From Mobula hypostoma (Eukaryota): a DNA stretch of 64,000 nucleotides. Location: the NCBI RefSeq assembly GCF_963921235.1, contig NC_086097.1, positions 88,290,001-88,354,000 on the forward strand, read 5' to 3'. A model generated the notes under the pieces. That model had not been told where the DNA came from and made no database searches. It was given only the letters and a program-made list of their open reading frames with translations. Position numbers and translations under genes: made by a program. This document shows, piece by piece, positions 38,425 to 50,919 of the stretch; the stretch's first letter is position 1; every line of letters begins with the position of its first letter.

Positions 38425-38947
38425 CGCTCGCTTTGGGTCGCATCTGGAAATTCCATTTGGCGGACAATTTCTCTCCATGCCGCTCTGACATATTGGGAAA
38501 TCATGTACTTGACAGGTTAGTGACCTTCACCTACTCCCGGGAGAGTTGAAAGAGATCACCACCTCTTGCAGTGGATAACCAGGATGTCTAAGTGCCTTGT
38601 CGTGTTGTTAGCGCTTCACTAACGTCTGCTGGCCTGCCTTCTTGACCGTTGGACTATTAACTGGTCTCTTCCCCTCAATCCGCCATGGCCAGACTTCACA
38701 CGCTGGGATAGGCAAATCCCCTACCTCACCGAGGGTTGAAGACCTGTCAGTTACCTTCACCTGGTTTGGCCCGTCTGCTGAGACGGTTTACCGGGGTTTG
38801 GCTGCTGCGCGTGCTACAGCTACTTGGAGCCACGGGTGAGAGCTGAGCGCCTGGTGGGGACCAAGGGTGGCCGAGCTGCCCTGAAAAGGGGCCCAGCATG
38901 CACCCCCACCAGAGGTGCTACCCCTCTCTAGACACCCCATACACCCC
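38425..38947 (-). mobile_element. Short non-autonomous RTE-type retroposon, apparently full length
   Basis: 11-12 bp TSD (C)TGAACTAATAT at 38413-38424 and 38947-38958; GC-rich structured 5' end GGGGTGTATGGGGTGTCTAGAGAGGGGTAGCACCTCTGGTG; short GAGC-type tail; no coding remnant. Confidence 0.75.
38757..38947 (-). ncRNA. Candidate HDV-like self-cleaving ribozyme
   Basis: Elements occur in HDV order P1-J1/2-P2-P3-L3(UCC)-P3'-P1'-GG-P4-GCCAA-P2'; see findings. Confidence 0.55.
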
Positions 38948-39069
38948 TGAACTAATATACTAGTATGTATATTAATATGAATACTAATACTTATATTAGT
39001 GATATATTATATCGCTAGTATTTCACAATTAGTGATGGTGACTATTACTATCACTAATGCTATTATAGC

Positions 39070-41875
39070 CATTAGTGAAACCGTGTTTGTGGGGGTGGGA
39101 TGAAGAGGACCAACAAGGTCCACATTGACATGGTCAAACTATAACTCGGGGTACTCAGAAGGTGCCAATGGTGCATGAACATGATGATTAATTTCTGCCT
39201 GCTGGCAGTCCACACAAGCTGCAGTCCAATCAAGCACACGTCCTTTTGAAGTCCGTGGCACACAAACTTTAGTGCAACCTGTTTTCATGAAACCTTTGGG
39301 CCTGGATGCGAGAGGCCACGTATGGAGTCGAAAGCACTCTGTCTCTGGTTTGTGGTCATGATGGGGCGAGGGCGACCAGCTGAGATATTGCACAAGAGAG
39401 AAATCCCGGCATCTCCGAACTTAATGTCAGCTAACCACAGACCCGTGACTGTGTTTGGTAAGCCTGGATCTCTGGATAAGTAACTTCATCAACTGCCACG
39501 CCGGCATAGTCAACCCCTATGTGGACCCTCAAAGGCTGGCCATGAGAAGCGATCAGCCAGGGCATTATTCATCCCCTTAATATGTTCCCCTATATATCAG
39601 TTGTGAACTCTGACATGTAGGCCAGGTGGTGTTGCTGCCGTGCAGGCCAAGGGTCTGAAATTTTGGCCATCGTGTGCACAAGAGGTTTGTGGTCTATGAA
39701 CGCTATGAAATGGTGACCCTCTAGAAGAGAACAAAAATAGCAGACAGCCAGATAGAGACTGAGAAGCTCACGGTCAAACGTAATGTACTTCCTTTCGGTT
39801 GGACAGAGTGCTGGCTGAAGAAGACTGCTACACACCTCTGAACAGCTGTTTGTGCACACCACCCACAGCATAGTCTGAAGTGTCAGTCGCCATGGCTATG
39901 GTGTGTTATTGAACGGGTGCGCCAGTAGAGTCGCATTAGAAAGAGCTCGTTTGGTATCATCAAATGCCCTGGTCATGTTCACTGACCAGTCAAGCACTTG
40001 ATTAGGAGTACTGCCTTTGAATGCGCTATACAGTGGGGGCATAAAAGAAAATCTAAGTATTTCAATTGAGTCTTATCAGCTGTTGGAAAGACTGTGCTGC
40101 ATTTTTCAGTCCAAACAGCATTAACAAAAACTGAAAGGCCAAACAGGGTTATGACATCCGTTTTAGGAATGTCCTCCAAGCGCACAGGCATCTGATGGTA
40201 GTCCCTAACTAGATCAAATTTGGGGGAAAAAAGTTATCTTTCCAGCTGAATGTGCTGAAAAAACCTTGAATGTGTGGGATTGGGAATGGTGGCCTCATTA
40301 AGGTGTTGGTAATCACCACATGGGCGGCAACCACCATCGGACTTGAGGACCGTATGGAGGGGTGCACCCCAGGGGCTATTCGAACTGGGTACAATACCAA
40401 GCTTTTCCATGCTGGCAATCTTAGCGTTTGTGGTTGCTAGCTTTTCTGGGTCCAGTCTATGTGCGTGAGCGTGAACTGATGGGCCGGTTGTGGGAATGTG
40501 GTGCTCAACTCCACGTTTTGTGATTGTAGTGGAGATTGTTGTCTTGGTGAGGTCCGGGAATTCACCCAGCAATTGAGTAAACTTGCATGTGGTGGTGCAT
40601 GCCTTGGCAGATTCATTCTGGGGGACTTACTGAGGGAGCAGGGTAACGACTCATATTCCTTGACAACCACAAATCGGCATTTCTTAAGATCGACCAACAG
40701 ACCTTGGGCACATTGGAAATCTGCGCTGAGCAGAGGTCTAGCCACCCTAGCCAGGATGGAGCAGAGAGTCATGTCCCGTAAGTCTTGATCCTGCTGCCGT
40801 TGGCAGCCTCCAGCAAGGTTTTGTCGCTCTTTGCCTTCTCATCAATAGGCAATGCTGGCAGCACACTCAGTCGAGCACCCGTGTCACAGCGGAAGTGTCG
40901 CCCTGAAAAGGCGTCTGTAATGAACAGTAGACAACCCTGCTGGTTCACAGACCTCTGATGTCCCAACGTGCTGGCAGTGTCGAAGCTGCAAGTTGGTCGA
41001 CACTTCCTAGCATTCCTACCAAAGCGAGCATGATAAAAGCACAGGCCTGGAATTGTCTGTTTTACAGCTGTGGGTGTCCTTATGTTGGGGGCCTTGCTAA
41101 CCAGGCTTATTGAGGTAGAGAAAGGAGGAGAAATAATGCACCGCTGCCTGGTGGAGTGTAGATTATCAGCTATCTTAGCAAGCTCCCTATAGTTCATCAT
41201 GGGTGCATTAGCGAGGGCTATGCGAATTTCATCAGCAATTTACTGCATGAAGAGTTCTTTAAAAATAAAACAAGGGTGGTGATTTCCCAGGAGAGACAAC
41301 AGGTGGTCCATTAGCTCCAAAGCATCACCGGGACCAAGTAAGGAGAGCAACTGTTTGATGCGCTCAGACTCCGATAGTCCAAAAGACTGTAAAAGGCGAG
41401 TTTTCAGCGATCTGTATTTATTGTGTTCAGACGGGTGTTCAAGCAGACTTTCCACTCTTGCAGCTGTGAAATTGCTGAGTGATGGTGCCACATAGTAAAA
41501 TTTGGTGTCGTCCATGGAAATTTCTTGCAGAGTGAATTGGGCCTCAGCTTGTATGAACCAAGTAACAGCATTTTATTCCCAAAACTCTGGCAGTTTCAAA
41601 GTGACTGCATTTGCCAATGTATTCAATAACTCCAGAATCATCCTAGAGCATCAGGGTCACCAATGTAGGTTTTCACAAATGAAACAAAGTGAAGCGTTTT
41701 ATGTTTAATGAAACCCGTAACACATGTTATTGAACTTCAAAAACCTACATGCAAAAACACGCTAAAAATTCTTACATAACATCATCATGTCTGACCAGCC
41801 TCTTAAAGCAAATCCCCAACTCAAAAGTCGGTGGTTGTGAAGTATGTACATTTCTCCCAGTTACATTACCCTACA
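39070..41875 (-). mobile_element. CsRn1-clade Gypsy LTR retrotransposon, 3'-truncated
   Basis: LTR 41664-41875 with TGTAGG/CCTACA termini; tRNA-Trp PBS TGGTGACCC; gag KLPEFW..WFIQAEAQF with CX2HX9CX3C motif (CFYHARFGRNARKCRPTC); protease DTGA; RT SNSPWGAPLH..RPCGDY; RNH YITFDRELL..DHKPL; truncated in integrase. Confidence 0.9.
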
Positions 41876-41879
41876 CTGT

Positions 41880-42310
41880 GCCCTGCATCTTAGGTGTAAC
41901 TGCCTCTCTAGATCCTATCCATCATCCCCTCAGCCTCCCGAACGATCCGGAGTTCATCCAGTTCCAGCTCCAGCTCCTTAACACAGTTTGTTAGAAGCTA
42001 CAGCTGGATGCACTGCTCGCAAGTGTACTGGTCAGGGGCACTGGAGCTCTCCCTGCCTTCCCACATCCCAGAAGGGGAGCATTCCAGTATCCTGCCTGGC
42101 ATCTCTACTGTTTTAATTGAGCAAATATAAAGAAGAAAGAACAATAAACTGTGGGGGGGGGAGGTGTAACTCTACCTACAGCTTTTTGCTTTCTCTCTCT
42201 CAGCTTCCCTTCTCAGAAGCCTCGAAGATCTAAAACCTGAAAATCCACCTTCTAACTCTGTCCACTCCAACAATGGTAGCTCTGCCTGCCCCACCCCACT
42301 TTAATTTGTC
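41880..42310 (-). mobile_element. CR1 5' UTR and ORF1 start fragment
   Basis: Minus LQLLTNCVKELELELDELRIVREAEG, homologous to 3050-3125. Confidence 0.8.
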
Positions 42311-42829
42311 TTCTTTTTTTAAATTTCCTTTACAACTTTAGTAATTTTTGTTACCTACCCCTTCTTTCATAAGAAAGAAATTGTTTTTCTTTCATAGAAC
42401 AACTCTGTCAGGGCTCTTGTCAATAAAATACCTTAAACACCTAATAAACTAATAGGTATTTAAGGTACTGACCTTGGATGCTCCCTTTCCATGATTGTAA
42501 TAACGTTATTGAAAAATACTTCGCAGTCTGGGGAAGACTCATAAAGAACATTATGCAACTTATTTAGTGGGTTTCTTATCTTTCCCTAAATTTACTCTTT
42601 TAGCCTTTTGTTTGTGTGCAGCTAATTTTATCAGAACTGGATATGTGTGATTGCCATTCTTGCACTTTCCCTTTCATTTGTATTTTCTGATCTGCTTGGC
42701 TCACCCCAGAATGCCAGTCCATATACCATCTCTCAGAGGAAACAACATCAGCAGCACATTGCACAGACAGTTTGAGTTTTGAGCTCATAGGACTAGATGT
42801 TTCAATCCCTTTGATAAGCAGATCCTAAC

Positions 42830-44050
42830 CCGATCTGGAGTTTGGGCTTGGTGCGTGGCAGGTGCTTCCCAGGGGTCATCAGGTGGGCACCCCTCTTCTT
42901 AGATGTGACGTCAGTGTTAAGCCCACTATATCTCCAGAGAGCTTAACAGTGTGACCCGGCGCCCCAGGTGCACCCACCTTCACATCTGGCCACCCATGGG
43001 TCATTTTAGGGTCCAGCTGCCATCACTTCTCTTCATCCATAACCAGTGGCTGTTTTGCTCGGCTACATCTGCGAGTTCTTTGAAAGCTTGAAGCTGGCCC
43101 TGGCCTCAGACTCCCAATCCCTTCAGCTATCTCATCATGGAAGTAGCCACAAATCCTCTGCAACCAGCCTGTGCTGGGAAAATCTGCACCTTCCATCTGT
43201 GCAGCTTAGCATCTTTGGCCAGCTCAGCAAATCTTTGTGTGTTTCCGGTCATACCCCTCGCAGACTGCATCTTCTCAGGGCACTGTAAGCTCCGAGATTC
43301 CTACAGCCTCCAGACTTCTGGAGCACAAGACCCAGTTTGGTCTGAGTGCCCATCTCCAGGGGAAATATTAGTCTTTTGTCAAAGTCGACAGTCATGTTCC
43401 AGTCATGAGCAGGCTTCAGTATGCCTGACCCCAACTGTGTCACTGAGGGTGGCGCTGTCTGTCCTTGCCGGACAAAGAGGATGGTGGTCCTTCCAGTCAT
43501 ATGGGGCTTAGAGTTGTGTTTCAGCCTTTGCTTCTTCACAATGGATGCCAAGCACCTGAGGACCTGGTTGTGCCTCCATGTGTATCTTTCTTGAGTGAGG
43601 CTTACTTTGCAAGATGAGAGGATGTGTTTGAGGTTTGCTGTTCTTCCACAGAGTGGACAAGCTGGGTCTTCACTGAACCACTGGTTCAGATTTTTGGAAG
43701 TTGGGAGAACCACATAAACAGCTCTTGTAAGGAAGCTAGTCTTTCTTCCTTCCTTTTCTCATGTCTTTCCAGCTGAATTTTCTTTTCTCAATTTTTCCCA
43801 CCTTGTCCACTGTCCCTGTTTTGCCTGAGACACTGCTCTTGCATATCTCATCTGCTCCTCCTGTCACTGTACTTCCTCCACCACCAAAGCTCATCTTTGC
43901 TTTTGTGTTGTCACCTTTTCCCAAATGGGCCCATTTGAGCCTGTGCCAAGGCCCCCTCTTCCAGATTGCACCTGGCCCACCATATCTGCAAACTGGAGGT
44001 TTCCTTGTAGGAAGGTCTTATCGCTGGTTTTAAGCCCTTTGATTTCTTCT
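42830..44050 (-). mobile_element. HERO-type (R2 group) non-LTR element 3' part
   Basis: GQVQSGRGGLG, CPLCGRTANLKHILSSCKVSLTQERYTWRHNQVL knuckle, degraded restriction-like endonuclease; GC-rich 3' UTR. Confidence 0.85.
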
Positions 44051-44552
44051 CTCAGCAGTTTCACTTGATTTGTATCACTGAGGTTTACATCATACCCACT
44101 ATATTTAATAGCCACTGTACATTATTTCCTCCTATTAGTGACGTTTCCTTTGTCCCCCACCTACTTCCTCTGCTACTTCGAATATCTGGCTTTCTCTCTT
44201 ACTCAGTTCTTTTGACCTGAAGCATTGACTATTTTCCCACAAATGCTGGTTGGCGTGCTGAGTTTTTCCAGCATTTTCTGTTTTTATTCTACACATGAAT
44301 GTCACCATTGCTTTTGATAAACACAATTGCTCTCCTTTCTATCTATCCCAAAAACTATTTTTTATGAAGATTTTAAAGCTTTTGTAAGTTCACTTTTGTG
44401 ATCCCAATATGATGTTCCTTAAGGGTGACTAATGTACTAGTTACTCTTGTTTGTTCGGGAATGTCACATTATTCATAAGCTAAATTTCTTGCCCGGGAAG
44501 CTTTTGTTTTCGATCTGTGCATTGGAATTTTCTGTGAAGGCTACGTTTTCAA

Positions 44553-44743
44553 GAGCAACATGCACAAAATGCTGGAAGAACTCAGCAAGTCAGGCAGCAT
44601 CTATGGAGGGAAGTAAATAGGCGACGTTTTGGGCAGAGACTGTTCATCGGGACTACCTTCCATAGATGCTGCGTGACTTGCTGAGTTCCTCCCGCATTTT
44701 GTGTGTGTTGCTCAAGATTTCCAGCATCTGCAGAATCTCTTGT
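44553..44743. repeat. Penelope-pLTR fold-back element with degenerate hammerhead in the loop
   Basis: Inverted arms GAGCAAC..GCAGCATCTATGGA / TCCATAGATGCTGC..GTTGCTC; loop on minus reads AGTCCCGATGA..AAAACGTCG. Confidence 0.75.
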
Positions 44744-45664
44744 ATTTTATGCTTTCTCAATCAAGGCTGAAAATGATTGCTAACCCTGGACACTTTCACT
44801 TGTAAGCATTTGAAACGGTTTTGCGCGTTGAATTGCAAAGGTTGGTGCATCACAATGGTTGAGTCATCTGTGCTCAAAGCTGTTCATTAGCATGTTAAAT
44901 GAAAATCAAACATACGGACATGCTACAAACCAGAAACAAAATAGAAAATGCTAACACACTTAGCAGGCCAGACAGCATTTGTGGAAATAGAGCTAGTGTT
45001 TCAAGTCAGAAACCCTTCAACAGAAGCAACACACAAAATGCTGGAGGAACTCAGCAGGTCATCAGAACATTGTTATCTATGATGTTTTGTAGATGTTTCA
45101 TTTCCACTGTGCAGTATGACATTTCTTTCATGCTCTTGACTGCACCACAGGTAACTACTTTTGCCAGTTATAAACTTTAGCATTATGTCAGGTCAATATA
45201 AAACTCAGGTTCAGCAAAATGGAAGGGATTTCACCTGTTATCCCATTATTGCAGTTGTGACGGATGCAGTAAGCTGCTTAACTGGGATGTTTTTCATTGG
45301 AACAGAGTTAAATTTGTTCAGGCACCAGCCTATAAAGTGCTACAAGGCATTTCAGCCTGTTATAAATCATCCTGAGCTTTACTATTGGTTGAGTTCAGTG
45401 CAGAGGAAGGAAAATAAGATTATAGTTTGCACTGAAAATATTATTACTGATTTGAGCAGGTTTTGACAGAAATAACTAGGCTTAGTGGGACTCAAGTTAA
45501 ATTAAAACAAAATCATTGTAATTGAAAGTGACCTTTTTGCCTACGCACAATTATAATGGTGGAGTTGACTTTTAAATTACTAATGCCTTGCCTTTTAGAG
45601 TAACAAGTTTTAATTCTAAATAAGCCACTGCAGTCTTGCTGTACAAAGCTTATATTGAGTCGTA

Positions 45665-45948
45665 CAGATTAGGAACAGGCTCTTCTGCTAACAAGTCCAC
45701 TGCATCCATTAACACTCCTTAACATGAATTCTACAATAAAGCCATTTTATTCTCTCCACATTCCCATCAACTCTCCCCAGATTCTGTCACTCCTCTGCAC
45801 TAGGAAACCAGAGCATCTGGAGGAAAACTCGTGTGGCCACCAGGACAACAAGCAAACTGTATATAGACAACACTAGTCGTTGGGATTGAACCTGGATCAG
45901 TAAAGTGATTGAGGCAGCAACTTCAGTTGTTAAGTCAATGTGCTGCTC
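45665..45948 (-). mobile_element. Degraded V-SINE/HE1-like SINE
   Basis: Reverse B-box GGGATTGAACC, V-domain-like GGAAACCAGAGCATCTGGAGGAAAAC, CR1-like tail. Confidence 0.55.
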
Positions 45949-47689
45949 AAAAGACTGTGTTTCCCTTTGCACTGTGTTGATTTCCAGCACAATTACAATG
46001 TTCAACCAATTCCTGCAGCTACCACTCTCCCCCTGTGGGTGATGCAGGTATATTACAAGAAGCAAATATAGAGAAGATGAGGCAACTAGACTTCCACGAA
46101 TTTTTAAAGAAATGATTTGTGGTGTGAATCTAATTATTATAGTGGTGGGAAGGAGGCGAGTCTAGATGGTACGTGAAAACAATAAAATTTACAAGGTATT
46201 GAGGAGACACAAGATAGTAAAGCAATTTTTCAAGTGAACAAGCCCTTCAAAAAACCTGCAAAATGTTTTTTGTTGTAAAAATGTTTATGCTTGGAAGTTT
46301 GATTCTGCCCATGCCATTAAAGCATACATAACCACATTGGTGCATTCAGTGTTGTAGGCAGGGGAACAAATTCCAGCCACTGGCTAAATAAATCAAGATT
46401 AGAACCACTCATGTGGGAAATAAATATCACAGCAGATTGTAATGTAATTAGAGATTATCAATGCTGAACCGTGGGATTTCCCTTGGAGGAGTTTTCTGCT
46501 TGTGTTCAAAGCTGATATCAGAGGACTAGCTCCCTAATGTTACAGTGGAAGTTATGACTGTAACTTTCTAATAGTAATGATGGTGAATCTTGCAACATTT
46601 GCCCTCACTTGCACCTTTGAAAGGACAGCAGCTGCTGTTCAGCCGAATGCTAGAAGTCCAGAAGGTGCTTTTATTACTTCCTTTCAGTATTGTTCCTCTT
46701 CTTTCTTTAGGCTGTACCAAACTAATCTCCATCAGTCTGTTAAATAATAGAGCGCCAGGTCTGAACAAGCCATTTTTGTTGTAAAATATTTTGATAGTGT
46801 TGCATAATGTTTGAGTGAATTTATATCGGTGTACTAAACCATACCCTCTAGCACTAAAGAATGTAATTTTATCTGAGTAGTTTGTAAATCCTTAGATAAT
46901 CATTTGAAAATTCAATGGAGTTTTTTTTAGTAAGTTTAATATTTCAATTTCTACTTCAACCAAATGTGCATGTTCCAAAATGTTATTTCATGTTCTTTAA
47001 ACTGTTAAAAGTACTAATTCAAAAATTGTTCTTTATCCTCCTGGTTTGCTCTCTGTGAGAATTATTCATGGAGTTTGTTGGTCTCCAGGGATTCTCTTGA
47101 ACAGAAAGTTCAATTGTTCTTTATGAGCTGCTTCCTTCAAGGTCACTGAGGAGTTAGTCACTTTGCTTTTGATCAAATATCCAACCCAAAAACAGTTCCA
47201 TACTGCAATCAGTCTGGCGTAGGCACTGCACAGAAATGTTCTAAAGCGTTATGAACCAATAGCTAGTCTTCTACTTGGGGGTATAAAATGAGTTGTAAGG
47301 AGTTTCCTTCTATCACCCAGACACACAATCTTTCCCATAGGATCAGTAAGCATGGTTTAATGGGTTGTACTCTGTCCCACAGTGTGGAAAACTGCAGAAA
47401 TATTGCGTGTTCTGAACAGTGGAGGATTAACCTGTGAGTTTTGTGCCAGGCTTGAGGAGGAAGTAAAAAGGTTCCATTGGGTATGTGTGAAAGAATAGGA
47501 TACATAAGATAGTAAGATTGCTCTGAGTAGGGTAGAGACTTGATGGGCCATTTGGGCTCTTCTTTGTCAGTGTGAAAAAGATGTGAAATCTAACCAGAGT
47601 TTGACTCTTCTAATAACATACAATGGGTGATTTCGTTTGACATGCGTACAGCTGTAACACTAATGTAACTTATGTAACTGTGAATGTAA

Positions 47690-48158
47690 TGGTGTTTGGA
47701 CCCAGGTTGGCAGTCTTAATGGAAGGACTGAGTTCATGCGGCTTCTCTCCTCATAAGCAGACAAAAAGACATTTCTCGTATTCTGAGATTTATGTGATTA
47801 TTGGACTGTACTTTATATTGGTTTCCTTTAGTTTTTTAGTGTTTTCTTTCTTGTGGATGATTGGCAAGTGGTGATCTGTTTGTTTTGTGTGTGATGGGGA
47901 GGGGTTGGGGGTTTGGTGTTACTGTCACTATTCTGTGAGTGAGAGGTCAGGGATTGTTATCGTGGCTGTTTTTTGCTGCTGGGGTTGAATTTTGGGGTCA
48001 GCAAGTTTTGTTTCTTCTCTTTTTCATGGTGGGAGTTGATGTATTTTCTTTCATCAATGCCCATGTTCTTTCTGTTTTTAATGGCTATCTGGAGATAACA
48101 GATATCAAAGTTGTGTTACATATGCATACTTTGACAATAAAATGAGCCTTTGAACCTT
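47690..48158 (+). mobile_element. Retroposon 3' part with Rex1/L2-type tail
   Basis: T/G-rich UTR ending GACAATAAAATGAGCCTTTGAACCTTT. Confidence 0.5.
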
Positions 48159-48535
48159 TATTGTAAATCAGTTCTGAGATGTTTAGCAGCATAAACATTG
48201 TTCCCATTATCTGAGTGGTGGATTAATTTTCACAGAAGAAATATTTGCATTTACTGTCAAAGAAAATACAACAGCAGGTCATCCCCACATTAGGGCAAGA
48301 ATCCATTCCTTAACAGGAACAGGAGTGTTTCTTTGCCTCCTGAACAGTTAGTAAACCAGAAATACAGCTGCAAACTGAGTTTCCACTCAACTGAAGATGC
48401 TGTAGTCTCATAGCAGTCAGCAGAACCATTCTGCCAATTTCCCAAATGCTCATATGTATGGGTTGTACATAAATCAAGTATTTGTGGGCTTGGAAAGACT
48501 CATCCAAAATGAAACCATAGCCACTTTAAAATGTA

Positions 48536-49166
48536 CACTCAGTGGCCGCTTTATTAGGTACACATGTACAACTGTTCGCTATTGCAAATATCTAATCAGC
48601 CCATCCTGTGGCAGCAACTCAATGCATAAAAGCGTGCAGGTATGGTCAAGAGGTTCTGTTGTTGTTCAGACCAAACTTCAGAATGGGGAAGAGATGTGAT
48701 CTAAGCGACTTTGACCATGGAATGATTGTTGGTGCCAAACGGGCTGGTTTGAGTTTCTCAGAAACTGCTGATCTCCTGGGATTTTCATGCACAACAGTCA
48801 ATAGACCAGGGGTTCCCAACCTGAGGTCCACAGACCCTTCGGTTAATGATGAGGGTTCACGGCATGAAAAGATTGGGAACCCCTGCCGTAAGGTTTACAG
48901 AGACGGTATGATTATCAGTTCATGTGCAAAAGTACCTTGTTAATGAGAGAGGTCGGAGGAGAATGGCCAGACTGGTTCAAGCTGACAGGAAGGGAACAGT
49001 AATTCAAAAAACCATGCATAACAACAGTGGTGCGCAGAAGAGCATCTCTGAACACACAACACATCGAACCTCGGTGGATGGGTTATAACAGCAGAAGTCT
49101 ACGGACACTCACTCAGTAGCCCCTCTAATAGCTACAGGAGGCACCTAATAAATTGGCGACTGAATG
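48536..49166 (+). mobile_element. Tc1-like transposon, internally deleted (N-terminal HTH only)
   Basis: TA-flanked TIRs CACTCAGTGGCCGCTTTATTAGG / CCTAATAAATTGGCGACTGAATG; MGKRCDLSDFDHGMIVGAKRAGLSFSETADLLGFS..RRRMARLVQADRK. Confidence 0.88.
48807..48885. mobile_element. 79-bp hAT/Charlie-type MITE nested in Tc1
   Basis: TIRs CAGGGGTTCCCAA / TTGGGAACCCCTG. Confidence 0.8.
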
Positions 49167-49782
49167 TATGTGATTGTGCCTTTTGATGGTGAGCAAATAA
49201 GGTGGAATTATGCCACATGATGACCAGGTATAAAGATATCCTTGCTGTATTTATTTGGAGTACTTTATCTGGAAAAAGGGTAAGAAAATTGCTTCTGTCA
49301 ATAATGTCATTCAGTTTATTCAATATAACTGCATTGACCAAAAGAAAGAGGAAATGTAATATTTGTTTTTCAGATAAGAGTAAAAAGATATCTGGAATGT
49401 TTTCTGGTTTTGCAAAGTGAATAAAGTGGTTTAGTAGCTGGTTCTTTGGTGAGGGAATGGTATAATGAGGGCACATCTCCAATCCCCTGAAGTGGCAGAA
49501 CATAATGACACCTCATGACAAATCCTTGGTCCTGTTCATGATAAGTACATCTCCAACAGTAGTCTGGGTTAGGATATGGCGTTTTGGATGAGCTTTATAT
49601 CTGGGGTGGAAGATGGGATATCAGTCCCTCTTTTAAGACATAGCAGGAGCACAAAACTTTGGTTTATTGGGGTAGTGAGGTTTACCTGTTCTTAACTAGA
49701 TAACCAGGTAACACATTTTATATTAAAGTATTACCATGCTGGTGGTTGGAGGGAATGGGCAGAAGTATAAAGTCATTGATAC

Positions 49783-50492
49783 CACTGCACAAAAAAGATT
49801 TTCCTTCATGGATACTCTTGGGTGTATCTTATGGATTTTGGGCAGCTGATCATGAAAATCACAATGAAATTTCTCTATCGTGCACTATTTTTTAAAAGTG
49901 TCTAGATTTGTTATTTCAATTCATAATTAAAGTCAGAATAACTGTTTCCAAGATTAAGTAAGGCATTTTTGTTGGTCCACAAATCAAACGGGTCATCAAT
50001 AACAGACAACTCGAAGAGCTTCTAGTGGGAGCAGAGAAATATTGTTGAAAACGATGTTGCTGAAAAATTTCTTTGGTAACTACAGAGCACCAAACTACAT
50101 GCAGTTTGTTGACAACATGCTTCAAGCGTACAGAACTATGAAGTGCAACATGTCACTAAAGATTTCTTGTTTGCTTCTTCCCTGCAAATCTTGGCACTGC
50201 CAGTGACAAGCTTGGTGGAAGGATTCACCGGGGTATTGCGGTCCTGGAGAAACGGAATCAGGGCAATTAGAATCCATCAAAACTGGTTGATTATTGTTGG
50301 GCAATAATGCAATTAAAGACATTTTTCAATAAAAGTTAATTCTTTGTTTCTCCGAGTTCCTACGTAATACAATTAGTCTGAAATTATATTTGTGTTCAGC
50401 TTCATAAACAAAATCTATCATAAACAAAAAGATTCTGGGAAAAAAATTCAGATCTAAAATTTAAATCTGAGTTTAAATGCTGTAGGACAAGT
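49783..50492 (+). mobile_element. Chapaev3-like DNA transposon deletion derivative
   Basis: Transposase C-terminus KIK*GIFVGPQIKRV, NFFGNYRAPNY..NMLQAYRTMKCNMSLKI, FFPANLGTASDKLGGRIH..EKRNQG..DYCW; left end CACTGCACAA; right end uncertain. Confidence 0.7.
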
Positions 50493-50919
50493 GAGCATTG
50501 CATTGCATGTTTCTTTTCAAGAGAACTTCAAGTTAGAAACATTTGTGTTCCTTTAGAAGAACTAAAATAACTCAGTTTTAAACCGAGAAATGTTGAACTG
50601 AAAACTGGACTACGTTGTAAAATAGATTTTTGTCCATTTGGCGAAATGCACCATGGTTTAATTAAGAAGTTGCTTTGAGCATAGAATGGAGTGACTAAGT
50701 GGCTTTGTGAATAATAGTGTTACAATTTTTTTCCTCAGGAAGCAGAGGACAGTGAATAATAGGAGATGTTCTGTTATTTTTATTACATATGCAGTGGATA
50801 TATGGAACAAGTCTTTTAGAAAAGAACACGACTTCAAAGTTTCTTTATTGTGGATGTTCCTTGAATAACAGGCATGCAGAGTTAATTTTTTAACCAATTT
50901 TCTTTAATTCTGCAACAGT

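Noticed and set aside
42429..42467. 15-bp-arm AT-rich hairpin
   Set aside because: Isolated and single copy; no further context
44618..44655. Hammerhead-like sequences here and at 57188-57222
   Set aside because: Core nucleotides mutated; not called as functional ribozymes
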